A stretch of DNA of 40,869 nt. Source: Jimgerdemannia flammicorona (Eukaryota). The DNA lies in assembly GCA_003990765.1 (NCBI GenBank), contig RBNJ01000116.1, positions 1 to 40,869 on the forward strand, given 5' to 3'. Shown here piece by piece: positions 10,841 through 23,169 of this stretch; position 1 is the first letter of the stretch; every line of letters begins with the position of its first letter. The position numbers and the translations under genes are program-made. The notes beneath the pieces were generated by a model. The model was not told the DNA's origin and ran no database searches. It worked only from the letters and a program-made list of their open reading frames with translations.

Positions 10841-13096
10841 AGAGTGCTAAGAGAGATTATATTCATCCTTTTGAATATATAAATGAAACTTGTCATCAAT
10901 GCTATGATGGCAAACAAAGTCTGGAAGACACTCCTTTCTCTGCTATCTTACTGGTCACAAGGTTTGATAGACAATCTTCCAAGTTCACTTTCTCTAACTA
11001 ATAACCTCTCTACCTCAGGTTAGTTTGCTGTACCTGTTGCAGGATAGTGGGAGAGAGGCAATGGTGATGAGTTGTCCCTTTATCAGTATCAGATTGGTGT
11101 CTTCTCTACTTTTTTATAATTTCTGGTATCTTTGGCTGTATCTGGAATATACTTATTTTAGTGCAGTGTCTTCTTCCTTTTGTCATTACTAACAAGATGT
11201 CATTTTAGTATATTATGGGTTACATAGAGAGCCAGCCAACCTTGGGCATCAAGTGCTCAGTATAGGTTACCTGTAGGTCCTCAGTGCTTGTAGTGGAGCT
11301 CTCTGGCTTTGGTGAGCTTCTCAGTGAGTATAGTTCTGGCATAACTGACTGCTTTTCAGGTGATATTGGGATGAGAGAGAAGATGACTATCACAGATAGA
11401 AGAAAGAGTGATAATGATAGATCAGTAGAGTGTCAGACTGGGGGCAGTTGTCAGAACATTGGGTAGATACTGCTTCAGTGGGGCCTTTTGATTAGTATAG
11501 AGTAGTTAGGTGGTAGGTGTTACTCTTTTGGCAATTTGTGGAATTGGGTTCTGGTCATTGGGGGGGATTGAGGGACCCAAGGCTATCTATTTCAGATATC
11601 TTGGCTACACTCAACTAGAACTAAGAGCTGATGTAACAATATGATTGAGGTCTACAGGCTTGAGTAGTAGGGTATTGGGGGTCTCCTCCCATCTTACATA
11701 TAAGTTCTCTACTCATCTCACTTAGGAGAACCAGGCCCTATCTACTGTTCTGTACCTTGAGGAGGGTTTTTTCTTTATCTGTGACTTCTACTTAGAGTGG
11801 CAGAGACTATTCTATTCAGCTTGAGCATGGTCTTATATATATATTGGGATTTTGGATATAAACTTTTGGTCATTAGCATATGGCTGAGTTCTCTCTGGTA
11901 GTAGGGAGAGCATGGTATGTAGAATGAGATGCAGACTGCTATAGATCCTGCTGTATCTGGTATGGTTGAGCTGCTGAACAATAGCTAGCCTAAGTTTAAT
12001 GGGAGAGTAATGCTCAATAAGTGGTGGGGGAGGGGTTTGGCCTATATAGTCTAGGTTTTCTTTCAATAAAAATCTCTGAGTCCATTAAACAAAAACAAAA
12101 AACAAAAAACAAAAAACAAAAAACAAAGCCTAGAAGATCTTATACAATTACCACTAGCTGGTATCTATGTCAAACAGATTCTATCTAAAAGTACAACTGT
12201 TTAATATCTGAATGAAGTCCAAGGAGAGTATCCAGAACTATATCAATAGTATTGATGATCTAGTGAATTAAGTGAATTCCCTTTCTATGCCAGCAGACCT
12301 CATCAAGGATGAAGATAAGGTTTTAGTCCTTATGTATAGTCTTCCCAAGGCATATAATATAGTTGTTATTGTTATGAGAGAATTCAGCAAACTATTAGAC
12401 TATAAGTATATCATTATGAGTCTTTTAAATAAAGAATTGAGGCTGGGTGATAATGATAATGAAGATGATGAGAAAGTATTCTAGAGTATATAGATAAGAC
12501 AAAGGTAAGCTGAACAAAGGGTGAGAGCAAAACCAGTAGTATGATAGTTAGTATAATGGTCAATGAGTTAAATTTGATAGTAAATGCTTTTACTATAATA
12601 AGTATAGATACTACAAGCAAGACTACAACTATAAGAAGAAAGAAAAAGATAATCAATAGCAATAAAGATAATATAGATAGGTCAATATCATAGATATCAA
12701 TCATAATGAAGATAGCAGAGATAGCAAAGGTCTGTTCTTTACAGAAATAACAACCTATCCACATGCAGAGAGAGTTATAGAAGCAAATTTGGAAAATATT
12801 TTTACATTGATGAAAAATGCACCAACTATCAGTTCTACTAATTTCAGTACTAGTACCAATATAAGCTATATATTGAGTACTTATAAAAAAGTCTGACTTA
12901 TAGATTCCAGTATAATATATATATTCTATTTTTATATCTAGACTCTATATCATATACTATCCAGAAGATTGCACACTCTTCTGACTACTTTATATTTCAA
13001 TCAGATAGTCAGACACTATATAATAAGAAGCACAATATCAAATATTAACTGAAAGACTATACTTTATGTTTTTTTTATATTCTATATTTTTAATCT
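10841..13096 (+). pseudogene. Ty1/Copia gag-protease relic, split by a LINE fragment
   Basis: ANKVWK|ILY reads across the LINE TSD. UBN2-type gag DEDKVLVLMYSLPKAY..SLLNKELR; degenerate knuckle KCFYYNKYRYYKQDY at ~12582-12625; *LIDSS (WLxDSG) at ~12895. Confidence 0.75.
10929..12120 (+). mobile_element. 5'-truncated LINE (family A 3' end) with (A5-6C)n tail
   Basis: Inverted homologue of 13800-14968; AATAAA at 12065; 17-bp TSD AAACAAAG(T/C)CT(G/A)GAAGA at 10912-10928 and 12121-12137. Confidence 0.92.
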
Positions 13097-13770
13097 TATA
13101 ATAAATCAATTAGTACTAGTATATATTTATATATTAAGCTAGTATAGAAATATACCAAGTTACTATCCAAATTAGTTACTATAATTTAGCTATATATTAT
13201 ATTAGGTATACTAGACAATTAGGACTACTCTACTATACCAACTTGTATAAATAACCCAGATAGCCAAATGAGGGTACAAAGTATTCCTAGCTGATATACT
13301 GTATTAGAATTTGAGATTAATATTTCTAGCTGACACACTATATCAGATTTTGAGATTCATATCCTTAATAGAAATAGTTAAACATTACTAGAAATAGTAA
13401 TCTATAGTTAGCTATATAGTAATTAGATAGTAACTACAACTGTATAAAATTCTCCAAAGAGTTGAGTAAATAAACCTCAGTCTGAAAAGTTATAGAAAAG
13501 TAGAGAGCTTCCTTTTTCTACTCCAGTCTACTTTCTGATAGAAAGTCTGATTTGTTATCAAGTTGAGTAAAGAACTTTACTGCTATTTTAAAGAAGAAGT
13601 CCACCACTTAAAGTCAGTCTAGTATAAGATATACCTTTATAGTAAATAACCCAGTTTGTATAAAGGAAGTAGTCTTTGACATAACTTTGCTCAAGAGAAG
13701 CCTGCCACTTAAAGCCAGTCTAGTATAAGATATACCTTTGCAGTAAATCTGTTTACATAAATGAAGTAGT

Positions 13771-13771
<1 letters not shown>
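13097..13771 (+). mobile_element. Partial LTR of a family related to the dUTPase Gypsy, in opposite orientation, cut by LINE-A
   Basis: TCTATAGTTAGCTATATAGTAATTAGATAGTAACTACAACTGTATAAAAT and ACTCCAGTCTACTTTCTGATA match the reverse complement of LTR 1590-1800. Start TATAATAAATCAA resembles TGTGACAAATCAA. Internal ~39-bp and 101-bp tandem duplications. Confidence 0.8.
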
Positions 13772-13802
<31 letters not shown>

Positions 13803-14832
13803 GGACTCATGTCTCATGGATTTTTATTAGAAGGGAACCTAGACTATATAGGCCAAAACCCTCCCCTACCACCCACCAAGTACTGCCACCCCATTAACCT
13901 AGGCTAGCTATTGTCCAGCAGCTCGACCATACCAGGCGCAGCAGGGCCAAAAAGGCCTGCACCTCATTCTGCGCACCATGCTCTCCCTACCACCAGGGGA
14001 AACCCAATCATATGCCAATGACTGAAAGCACATGCCTGAGAACCCAACATATGTACAAGGCCACACTTGAGCCGAATAGAATAGCCTCTGCTACCCCAAA
14101 GAGAATGACAGGCAAAGAAAAAACTCTCATCAAAGCACAATATAGTGGGTAGGGCCTGGTTCTCCCAGTTGAGATGAGTAAAGGACTTACACATGAGGCA
14201 GGAGGAAACCCCCAATACCCCACTACTCAAGCCTGTGGGCCTTGATCATATTGCCATATCAGCTCCCAGTTCCAGTTGAGTGCAGCCAAGATATCTGAAA
14301 TGGGTAGCCTCAGGCCTCCTGACCCCCTCTGACGACTGGGGCCCAACTCTGCTGACTGCCAAAAGAAGCTGATAGTGACACCTACCACCTAACTGTGCCA
14401 CACCAATCAAAAGGCCCCACCGAAGCAGTACCTGCCCCAGCCCTGATGACTGCCCCCAGCCTGGCACCCTACTGGTTTACCATAATCACCCTTCCTCCTA
14501 TCTGTGATGGCCATCTCCCCTCCCATCCTGACAATACCCGAAAAGCAGTCATCTATGCTAGAACCGTGCTCACTGGGAAGCTCGCCAAAGCCAGAGAGCC
14601 CCACTATAGGTACCGAGGACCTGCAGGTAACCTACACTGAGCACTTGATGCCCAAGGTTGGCCAACTCCCTACATAGCCCGAGATACACCAAGACAACAC
14701 CTTGTTGGTGATGGCAAAAGGAAGAAGGCACCACACCAAAATGGGTACACCCCAGATGTAGCCAAAGGCACCAGAATCCACAAAAAAGTGGAGGAAGCAC
14801 CAATCTAACACCGATAAAGGAGTAACTCATCA

Positions 14833-17800
14833 CTATTGCCCTCCTCCCACCATGCCTCTGTAGGTACAGCAAACCAACCCGAGGTAGAGGGGGTAATAAT
14901 AGGGGAAAGGGAACTCAGAAGATTGCCTACCAAACCTTATGACTGGTAAGATAGTGGAGAAAGGAGCAAGCTCCCCAAGCTCTGTCACCTCCTATCCTCA
15001 AAAACAAATAACCAGTGACCAGCTAGCCTAACCCAAATAGCCAATGCCCAGCCTAAGGTAATCTACTCCTTTTCTACCCCTCCTACCAATTGATCCCTCA
15101 AGTCCTCCCACCTCTCCCATACTTCACCTCTCCTATGCCTCACTCTCAAGTAGTCCCCGATGGCCTGCCAAAAGTCTCCCAATACCTTACACTCTCCTAG
15201 CCAATGTTCTGGCATCTGTACAAAGTCTCCTTCCTGCCCTACATTATGGCACTCCTTACAGTTGAAGCAACCCCCAATGATAAGATGCTCTGAGCAGAAG
15301 TTGAGCATTACATTCCTCCTCAGTATATACCACCAGACCACCCAGTACTTCAGCAGCATCTATTTTTGCACTATGGTACTCTAGGTCCAAACACTATACC
15401 AGTCCCACTCTTCTCCAATTCCAACTCCTTGCCAACTGCTAGGCCACAGATCCTGGCCTGGTCCCCTTTGGCATTCTATTCCATCACCAATATCAAACTC
15501 AAGTAAAGGTATGCCACCCAGCAGTATGCCATCCCATCTCCACATTGCTAGGTCCCAAGCCTCCTCCCCCTCATTCCCCTGCCAGCGAATACCAATATGG
15601 TGTGCTCTCTCTGCTATTCTCTACCAGAAACCTTTATATCACAATTATACAGTGTTCTGAAGTCCAATCAATGAGAGAAGATCACCAGTTGAGCCTCTTG
15701 GTGATGATCACCTCTCCCAGACCTTCTGCAGCAGGAGAACCCAATCCCCTCCTCACAACTCCACTGCCCTCCTAAGCCACCATACTCTCAAGCAGTGTAG
15801 TCATTTGGGAAAGTCCACCAGCCCAAGACCACCTCTTGCCACCAGTAGGGACAAGGTCTCTCAACCAATCTGACTCCATCTACCAGCCCAAATCCATCCC
15901 TTGGCCACCTTCACCAATCTCTTCACTATCTAGATCAGGAAGTCTAGATAATAAGCCAAATACCACAGCTTTGGCAGCCAATATACATTCAAAATCGAGA
16001 CCTGTCCTGCCAGAGAAAAGTGTCTTCCCCCCCAACCCTGCAGGTCCTCCTCCCAAATTCCAATTTACTGCTCCCACAAAAGACTGGGCAGAACTGACCC
16101 ATAGACTGATAAGTAGATGCCCAAGTACTGTACTGCCTCACTGGTGGGGACAATTGTTCCAATAACTTCTCCTCCCACTAGGCTGTTGCCTAGCACCATT
16201 GTTTCACACTTGTACCAATTCAGCTTTACTCCAGAGTTCTCCTCATACCACTCCACTGTCTTCTTGAGCTCCTCGATATCAGCAATCAATTCCAAGCCAA
16301 TCACCATATCATCCACAAAGGCCCCAACTTTCCACCCAATACCATAGATAGAGAGTCCCACTATCCTCTACCTAATTCTGTCCATTAGGGGTTCCAGGAA
16401 AAGAGCATACAAAATGGAGGACAGTGGGTCCCCCTGGGGCACCCTCCTACCCAGAGGGAATGCAATCTCTCTATACCTATTACACAAGAGTGCAGCCCTA
16501 CTCCCTTCCAGTAGGTTGACCATAGCTGACCAAAATTGGATCAGAACCCCCATTCTATCCAATACTTTCACCAGCCAGACTTATCACACCTAGTTATAAG
16601 CCTTCTCCTGGTCCAAGAAGACTAGATGCCCATCCAGTCCACAGGCTCTAGCCCCTTCAATAACTCCATGTACTCAGGCTGTACCATCTCTAATGAGCTG
16701 ACCACCCACAAATCCCCTCTGCTCAACACCTATAACTTGCTGGGCTACCTTCTGTAGCCTTGCAACTACCACCTTAGTCACCAACTTTCTGTCCATATCT
16801 AGCAACATTATTGGCTGCCAGTTCTTTCAATTCTCTTGCCTCCTTTTGTTCTTATAAAGCAGCATCACCAGCCCAAGATCCTACTCCCCCACCCATCTCC
16901 CTGTCTGCAAAATAGAGTCACATAATGCCATCAACTCTCTCATCACACCTGGGACTCCAACCATTTGTTTCCAGAAGTCCCAGGGTAGGCCATCCTCTCC
17001 AGGTGCTGTACCTGAGGCTATTGTGGCAAGAACCTGGTGGATCTCATCCTCCTTCACTGGCATCACCAGGTCACCTAGTCTCTCAACTTGTGGTGGGTGC
17101 CAATTCTCCAATATTTGATTAATGGCAGTAGCATCTGCCCCACCCTCCTCCTTGCTCCACAATCCACTCCATCACTCCTTCAGTAATCCAAGAATATCCT
17201 GTACACCATGCACTAGCACACCATCTAAGTCAAGTACTCCTTTCCACCATTGCTGTACCCTCCTTGCCCTAAGTGTCTTTGTGAGAAACTTGGAAGGCCT
17301 CTCTCCTTCCTCCAGCCCCTGCCAACAAAGCTGTGCTACCAAGCTTTGCACCCTTGCCTCTTCCTCTTCCTGCAGCACCTGTTGTAGTTCCCCAACCTCC
17401 ATCTTCACCCTCATTAACCTCCAATCTTCTTCTCCCTCCACCATTACCAGTCTCACCCACTCCTCCAGAAGTCTAGCCAATCTAGTAGAAGCCCAATGCA
17501 CTCTCTGCCTTCACTGCTTCCCTGCCTCCTTGCCGGCCTTGCTCTAGTATATTCTGGCCATCTCTTTCATCCTTATCTACCAAACCCCAATTGAGGCACC
17601 TTCCTGCCACCAGTTCTCCACCCTCAGCTGAATATCTTTAGCCCACTCCTCTCACTGGGACTCATCATCTAACAAGGAGGAATTTAGGCACCAATGTCCA
17701 GGCCCATCCCCACTTCCCCCAAAGCACCCCTGTCCCAAAAGGCCCCAGTGATCCAACCATGGACACCATTCCACCTCCAGTGACTTCCAAACATCTCGGC

Positions 17801-18428
17801 CCCAACAGTTGGATGTTAGAATCCAGTCTATCCTTGTCTCCAGGCCTCCAGCCCAATGCATATATACCTTCCTATCTCTCCAGTACTCTCTACCAGCATC
17901 TATCAGCACTCCTAGTCTTTTGACTTCCTCCCACATCACCAGCCCCCCACTCCTGCTCTCAGCACCCTGTCCTCCATCAGTTCTATCTATCTGTATATCC
18001 CAAACCATATTGAAATCACCCCCAAGCATATCCACCCCAGCCTCTACAAGGATTCCACTCTCCTGGAGACCCTTCACCCAATCTATATGCTCTCCCCATA
18101 TGGCAGAGCAGTAATAGGAGCTAACTGTAACTGGCTCCCAGCCTGCCCAAATCCACTCACCCCAGACCAGCCTCTCTCCCCAGCTCCTCATGTCTCTTAT
18201 CTCCCCTCTGCTTTTCCAAACCAGAATCCTGATCTTGCCATTCCAAATCACCATACCACCCCATTCCTTTGTCCATTCCATCCTATTAGAGTCATCCTCA
18301 TACCTAACATCCTGCAAGAGGAAGAGATCAGCCTCCAATCCCTTCAGCTAAATAAAAATGTTCTTATGTCTAACAGCACCCTGTAGCCCATTCACATTCA
18401 ATGAAAAAATATTGGTTGTACTGTTCAT
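14833..18428 (-). pseudogene. LINE-A ORF2: APE endonuclease, RT and C-terminal Cys/His region
   Basis: MNSTTNIFSLNVNGL, FLLQDV, GGDFN, TRIDW, LDHW; LEEGERPSKF; APGEDGLP; FLDQEKAY, VPQGDPLS, AFVDDM, YLGI; CKEC...EHWLGEC. Confidence 0.93.
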
Positions 18429-18457
18429 AATGAATATGATTTGTTATCAGTCAATCT

Positions 18458-20424
18458 CTACTGCTCTATGCTCATCTCCTTCTGTGCTATATCCAGATTA
18501 TGTTCTGCTATCACCTCCTCCTCTTCAGCCCTCTGAGCCTCCAATCCAGCCAACAGCTCAATCATCTCTCCATCTGCCTTCTCCTCAAACTCCTTCTGAT
18601 ACTCAATGCAGGCCTCCTGCCAAAGCTGCAATCTATGATACTTGTTCCAACAGTACTCAGCCCTCTCCCCAGCAACAACTGCCATCTCTGCCTCCTGCTC
18701 CTTGTCTACCTCATACCCTTCCTCCTCCAGATACACCATAAGAATTTCCACCTTCAGTGCCATCATCACTCCATCCCTCTGCAATATCTGCACCCAGTGA
18801 TCATCATCCATCACTCTCAGGTCCACCTTTCCCAACTCTTCTGCTGCTAGGTTATTTATCATCCTGCACATCCAAAGTAGGTTTCCCACCTCCTTCCCTC
18901 CAGGGGTCACTGGCCTCTCTCTATCCAGCATTGTGGTACCAGCTCCAGCACTCACAGCCTCATCCCATATCTCTGGGACATCTACCAGTTTCTCCTCCCT
19001 GGCCACCACCACATGTCTCCTGGTCATCACCTCTGGAATGCCGAATTTCACCTGATGGGTCCCCAGCATTGTCACATCCTCCACAATCTTGTTTCTGGAA
19101 GCCAGGCCTCACCTGATAAGAGGAGAAGGAGTGGGGGAATTCTCCCAGACCTCATCCCAAACCTCCAAGATGCCATCAGTATATGGGTCAATAATCTTCA
19201 CCTCCTTCACCTTCCCTGCCTCCTCCCTGGTATTCCCACTCCTCTCACCAGCCCAGACACTTGCTTTGGCCTCTTCTATGCCCATCATCTTGCTCACATC
19301 CTCCTGTGGTCTGCCTCTCAGTTTAGCCAGCAGATCCTTCTGTTTCTTATGCTCCTGAGCTCTTTCCCACTGTACCTTGTCCACTTGAATCCTCTTTCCA
19401 TCCACCACCTCCAGGTGCATCAACTCTACAAAAGCCTTCCAAGCCTTTGCTTGTCACTCTATAGCACTATTCAATTCTTCCAGCACTTCCAATAAATCCT
19501 CTTCCTTCTCTTCACTTCCTTTCACCCTCATCACCTTGCACAAGATCACTCCCCAGACCATCACTGAAGGCCAGTCCCTTGCCTTCCCAGTAGCTTCTTT
19601 CTCAGCCAGCTGAATCCTCACATCCACATCCCCAGTCCTGAGTGAGGTCCCTTCCCAGACCCTGAATCCAATATCCACTACCTCTCCATACTCTGCTATG
19701 ACATCTTCAACTCTCTTTCTTGTCTCTATTGCTGTCACTGTGAGCACTCCTTTCACCAGCAGTTGGACTACCCTCGGATCCCATTTCAGACATCTCACCA
19801 TTGAAATACACACCTCTCCAACCACCAACCCAACCTTCAGTACCTCCTCCAGTGGCTCAGCCTTCTCAAAACCCATCTCCACACCCTCCAGTCCCTTCAA
19901 AAACTTTACTGATGCAGCTTCTGCCACCTGCTTAGTGATAAGCCCTAGCACCATTTTCACTATCACTGCTAAGCCCCAGAAGCACAGTATAACTGCAAAT
20001 ACTGAGATTGATTTTTTGAGTAATGGGACCACCACTAGGTCTGTTATGCCATCTATCAAATTTTCTTGTCTTTCAAGCCTCAGCTGCTCAGCCTTACCAA
20101 CAGCCATCATATCTGGATTTTTTTTCCAGATTGGCAGTCCTGTTACCATCAGCAGTCACACTCCCCCCAGCTGTAACTCCCCCAGCTCCACTGCTCCCCC
20201 TTCCAAGGGCTACTCTCTCATGCACCGCTCCCTTCTCAGTCTCCTTACCCCTCCTCAGCCAGCCCTCCAGCCCTGATATCTGCTGTCTTTCCTTCACTAT
20301 CTCTACAAAGCTCACCCTCTCAGACCCTTATCCTCTACTAGTACTACCACTCCTTCCTTATCCTCCTGCCAGCAGCTCCCTCATGCCCCCCCCCAGGCCT
20401 GGGCCCCTCCCTACCTGCTGCCAT
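18458..20424 (-). pseudogene. LINE-A ORF1 (RRM-like core, acidic/coiled C-terminal half)
   Basis: RCLKWDP..LLVKGV..YGEVVDIGFRVWEGT.LRTGD; homologous to LINE-B ORF1; lies upstream of ORF2. Confidence 0.8.
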
Positions 20425-20536
20425 TTGAAAGCACTTGGGCCACCCTGCCCAGTACATATCTCAGATTGCCTATCGGTCACTATGTTATTAGTCTCTTTAC
20501 TCTAAAAACGATGTTGTAAGTGCCTTCCAAAGGTTG

Positions 20537-22821
20537 TGTAACCTGAATAGTACCAGAGAAAGATCCATCTTGATATATTACTTCACACTTGTACTATATA
20601 ACTACATTCCAACTCAGCAAGATACTAAGTGCTATATCTATATTTAGTATAGTCTAGATAGTCTCTCACTAGTATAAATACTCCCTTTCTCAGATCTCAG
20701 AATCTCAGACTTAGACATGCAAGAACAATCCTGAATACTTCTCCACAATATCCCTTCATACACTACTTCTAGTATAGCAATATTATGAATAATGAATAAA
20801 TCTATTTAATAATCTACAAACTACTCTTAAGTAAATCTGCTCTCTGTTAGATCTTACTCCTAACTATATTATAAAATTTTCTAATTGGGTATTATCTACA
20901 GCAATATGCCAATTCAACTAAGCTGGTCTTAGTTTCTTGAACTTCTTGAAATATAGAAAATTCTGAACATCCAAAACTAGTTCAAATAAGGACTTTGGTT
21001 GAGATGTCAACCCAATCTTAAAATCAATAAGCATAGAGGATATACTTTATATGAAATTGATTATGACCTTAAAGAAAACAGTCTTTCAGAATATCTAGAA
21101 CTTCCAGAAAACTCTTCTAGAACTACATAATAGTTATCTTAACAAGTAACCCTATTACAACTTGATAGTAGTAGTTTATAATCCAATTCTGCTTCAAGAT
21201 GCTTCCTCATCTCACTACAAACCTCTATGAAAATTCCTATAAGTTAGTATAAAGTCCAACCTCTGAACTAGAATTTACCCCAAACTATCTGACAATTTGA
21301 AGAGAATTGAACCTGACATATAAGGACAATTTGACCTCCACACCTATAATAAGTGGGATAGACTTCATTTACAAAAAGAAGTACTCTAATTAAATCAGCA
21401 GATAGGCAAAATCCTATACACTGAACTTCTTGCTCTACACTCTATAAGTTAAGATAAAGAAGATCTTATAGAAGTCTTCTTTACTCTTCTCAACAAGAGT
21501 TTTATCAGCTCTACAAATTCAAGTGATCTAGGACAACCAGCAGCTATCTTTCTAGCCTTAATTCCTTATAAAGCCCAAGCCTCTATAGCTAAGTGACTCA
21601 ACTCTACCAACTTTCACTGTACCAGAACCAAGACTGCCTTATACTACTACTTTTAGAATTGCAAGGCCTATCATATTCTTAAAGAAAAAGCAAGAGAAAC
21701 TCTCTGTCAATAACCTAACCCTGAACCAGAAGTAGGCCTAGCTATAACTCTATCTGAAACTGAAACTAATACTGAACCAGAACCAGATTTTGAATTAAGT
21801 TCATCTGAAATCTGATATATAACTAATTCTATCTACTTTAATGCTGAGCAAACTCAACTATACAGAGACCAAAGCCAAGAGAAGAAGGAGTATCTCAGTA
21901 AATTTGATCTTGGAGATACCATCAAAGGAGACATATATATCTCTATTAAGATAAAACATACTTATATAGTAACAGATAGCTATTTATTGAGCCCTTACTC
22001 CAGACTTACAACTATTACTCCAGCAACTTATATAGACTCAAAGAATACTATCACACTCTATATCAGTATCTCAAGTTATATCAGTAACCCCACTACTAGT
22101 AGTCTAACTGTCTTCAGTAAACAACATAGTGAATTAATAGATTCTAGACCTTACAACCTAGGTAGCCATAATGGTAATAACCATTACTGCCTTAGCTAAA
22201 CAGACCTAACCAATAAAAAGTCTGAGCCTATCTATCTTCAATAGTACTATATAAGAAGTCCAAAGCTTTATTAGTGTAGTTGATACTAATTTCAAAGCCA
22301 ATTAATAGACTAATGAGCAAGTTGCTGACTGCCTTCTGATAAACAATCAAGACTATACTCTGGAACAACTCTTTACTACTATTATAGCCTATATCTGTCA
22401 AGTTGTTATATTCTTCTGAGGACCTGCTAAAGAATGGTAGTAAACCCTTTCTGAAAAACCCCTCATATAGAACATCTAATCTATAGTTGTTGCCCAAAAT
22501 ATAGTAAATAATACCCCAGGATATAGAGTCTATCCTGTAGCCCCTGGACTCAAATAACTTATGATTGCTCAATACTATAGTAAAACTTTGATTACCAAAT
22601 CTCAAGTAAAACTCTATAACCTCAAATTTGATATATATAGCAAGGAGAAATTTGAAACCTTCTATATAAAACTCAAGTCACTCCTGAATATTATTAGCCT
22701 AGAATATATTATCAATAATGAAGTATGAAATAGTATAAGAGCAGATCATTTATTCAATGCACTACCTGAATGGCTTATAAGAAAGATTCAAGAACAAGAA
22801 TGCCTAGTTGGTTATAACTAC
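20537..22821 (+). mobile_element. Probable second Gypsy-type relic: LTR (~20537-20873) plus degenerate gag
   Basis: TGTAAC start, TATAAATA and AATAAA inside, TATTATA (TGTTACA) end. Downstream EPEPDFE stretch and gag-like EKFETFYIKLKSLL..DHLFNALPEWL at ~22640-22800. Confidence 0.5.
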
Positions 22822-23169
22822 TAGTGCTCTGAACAGATGGAGTTGATCTGGATGAGATTTGATTCAGATTCATCATATGATAGATTCGAATCAACTCAGA
22901 TTGGTCTTGTGATCTGATCCAGATTGATCCAGATTGATCCATTTATATTGGTCCATCTGGATTGGTCCATCTGGATTGGTCCATCCAGATTGATCCATCT
23001 GGATTGAAATCTTTAGTGACATCACCCTTTCTTTTGTTCATTTCACTCTTGTTTTTTTTTTCCTACTACACTTTGGTGACATCACCCTTTTCTTTTGCTC
23101 CCTCTCTTCTTTTGTTCTTTTCTTTATTCTTTTTCTTTGTTCTTTTTCTTTGTTCTTTCCTACTGCATC

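Larger units (their letters stand above)
13772..20536 (-). mobile_element. Near-full-length L1-clade non-LTR retrotransposon (family A)
   Basis: Poly(A) at 13772-13799 with AATAAA upstream; ORF1 and ORF2 present; 5' TSD not found. Confidence 0.92.

Noticed and set aside
15160-20505. Many long Pro/Ser/Leu-rich plus-strand ORFs (also 31334-36515)
   Set aside because: These are antisense shadows of the purine-rich LINE ORFs on the minus strand.
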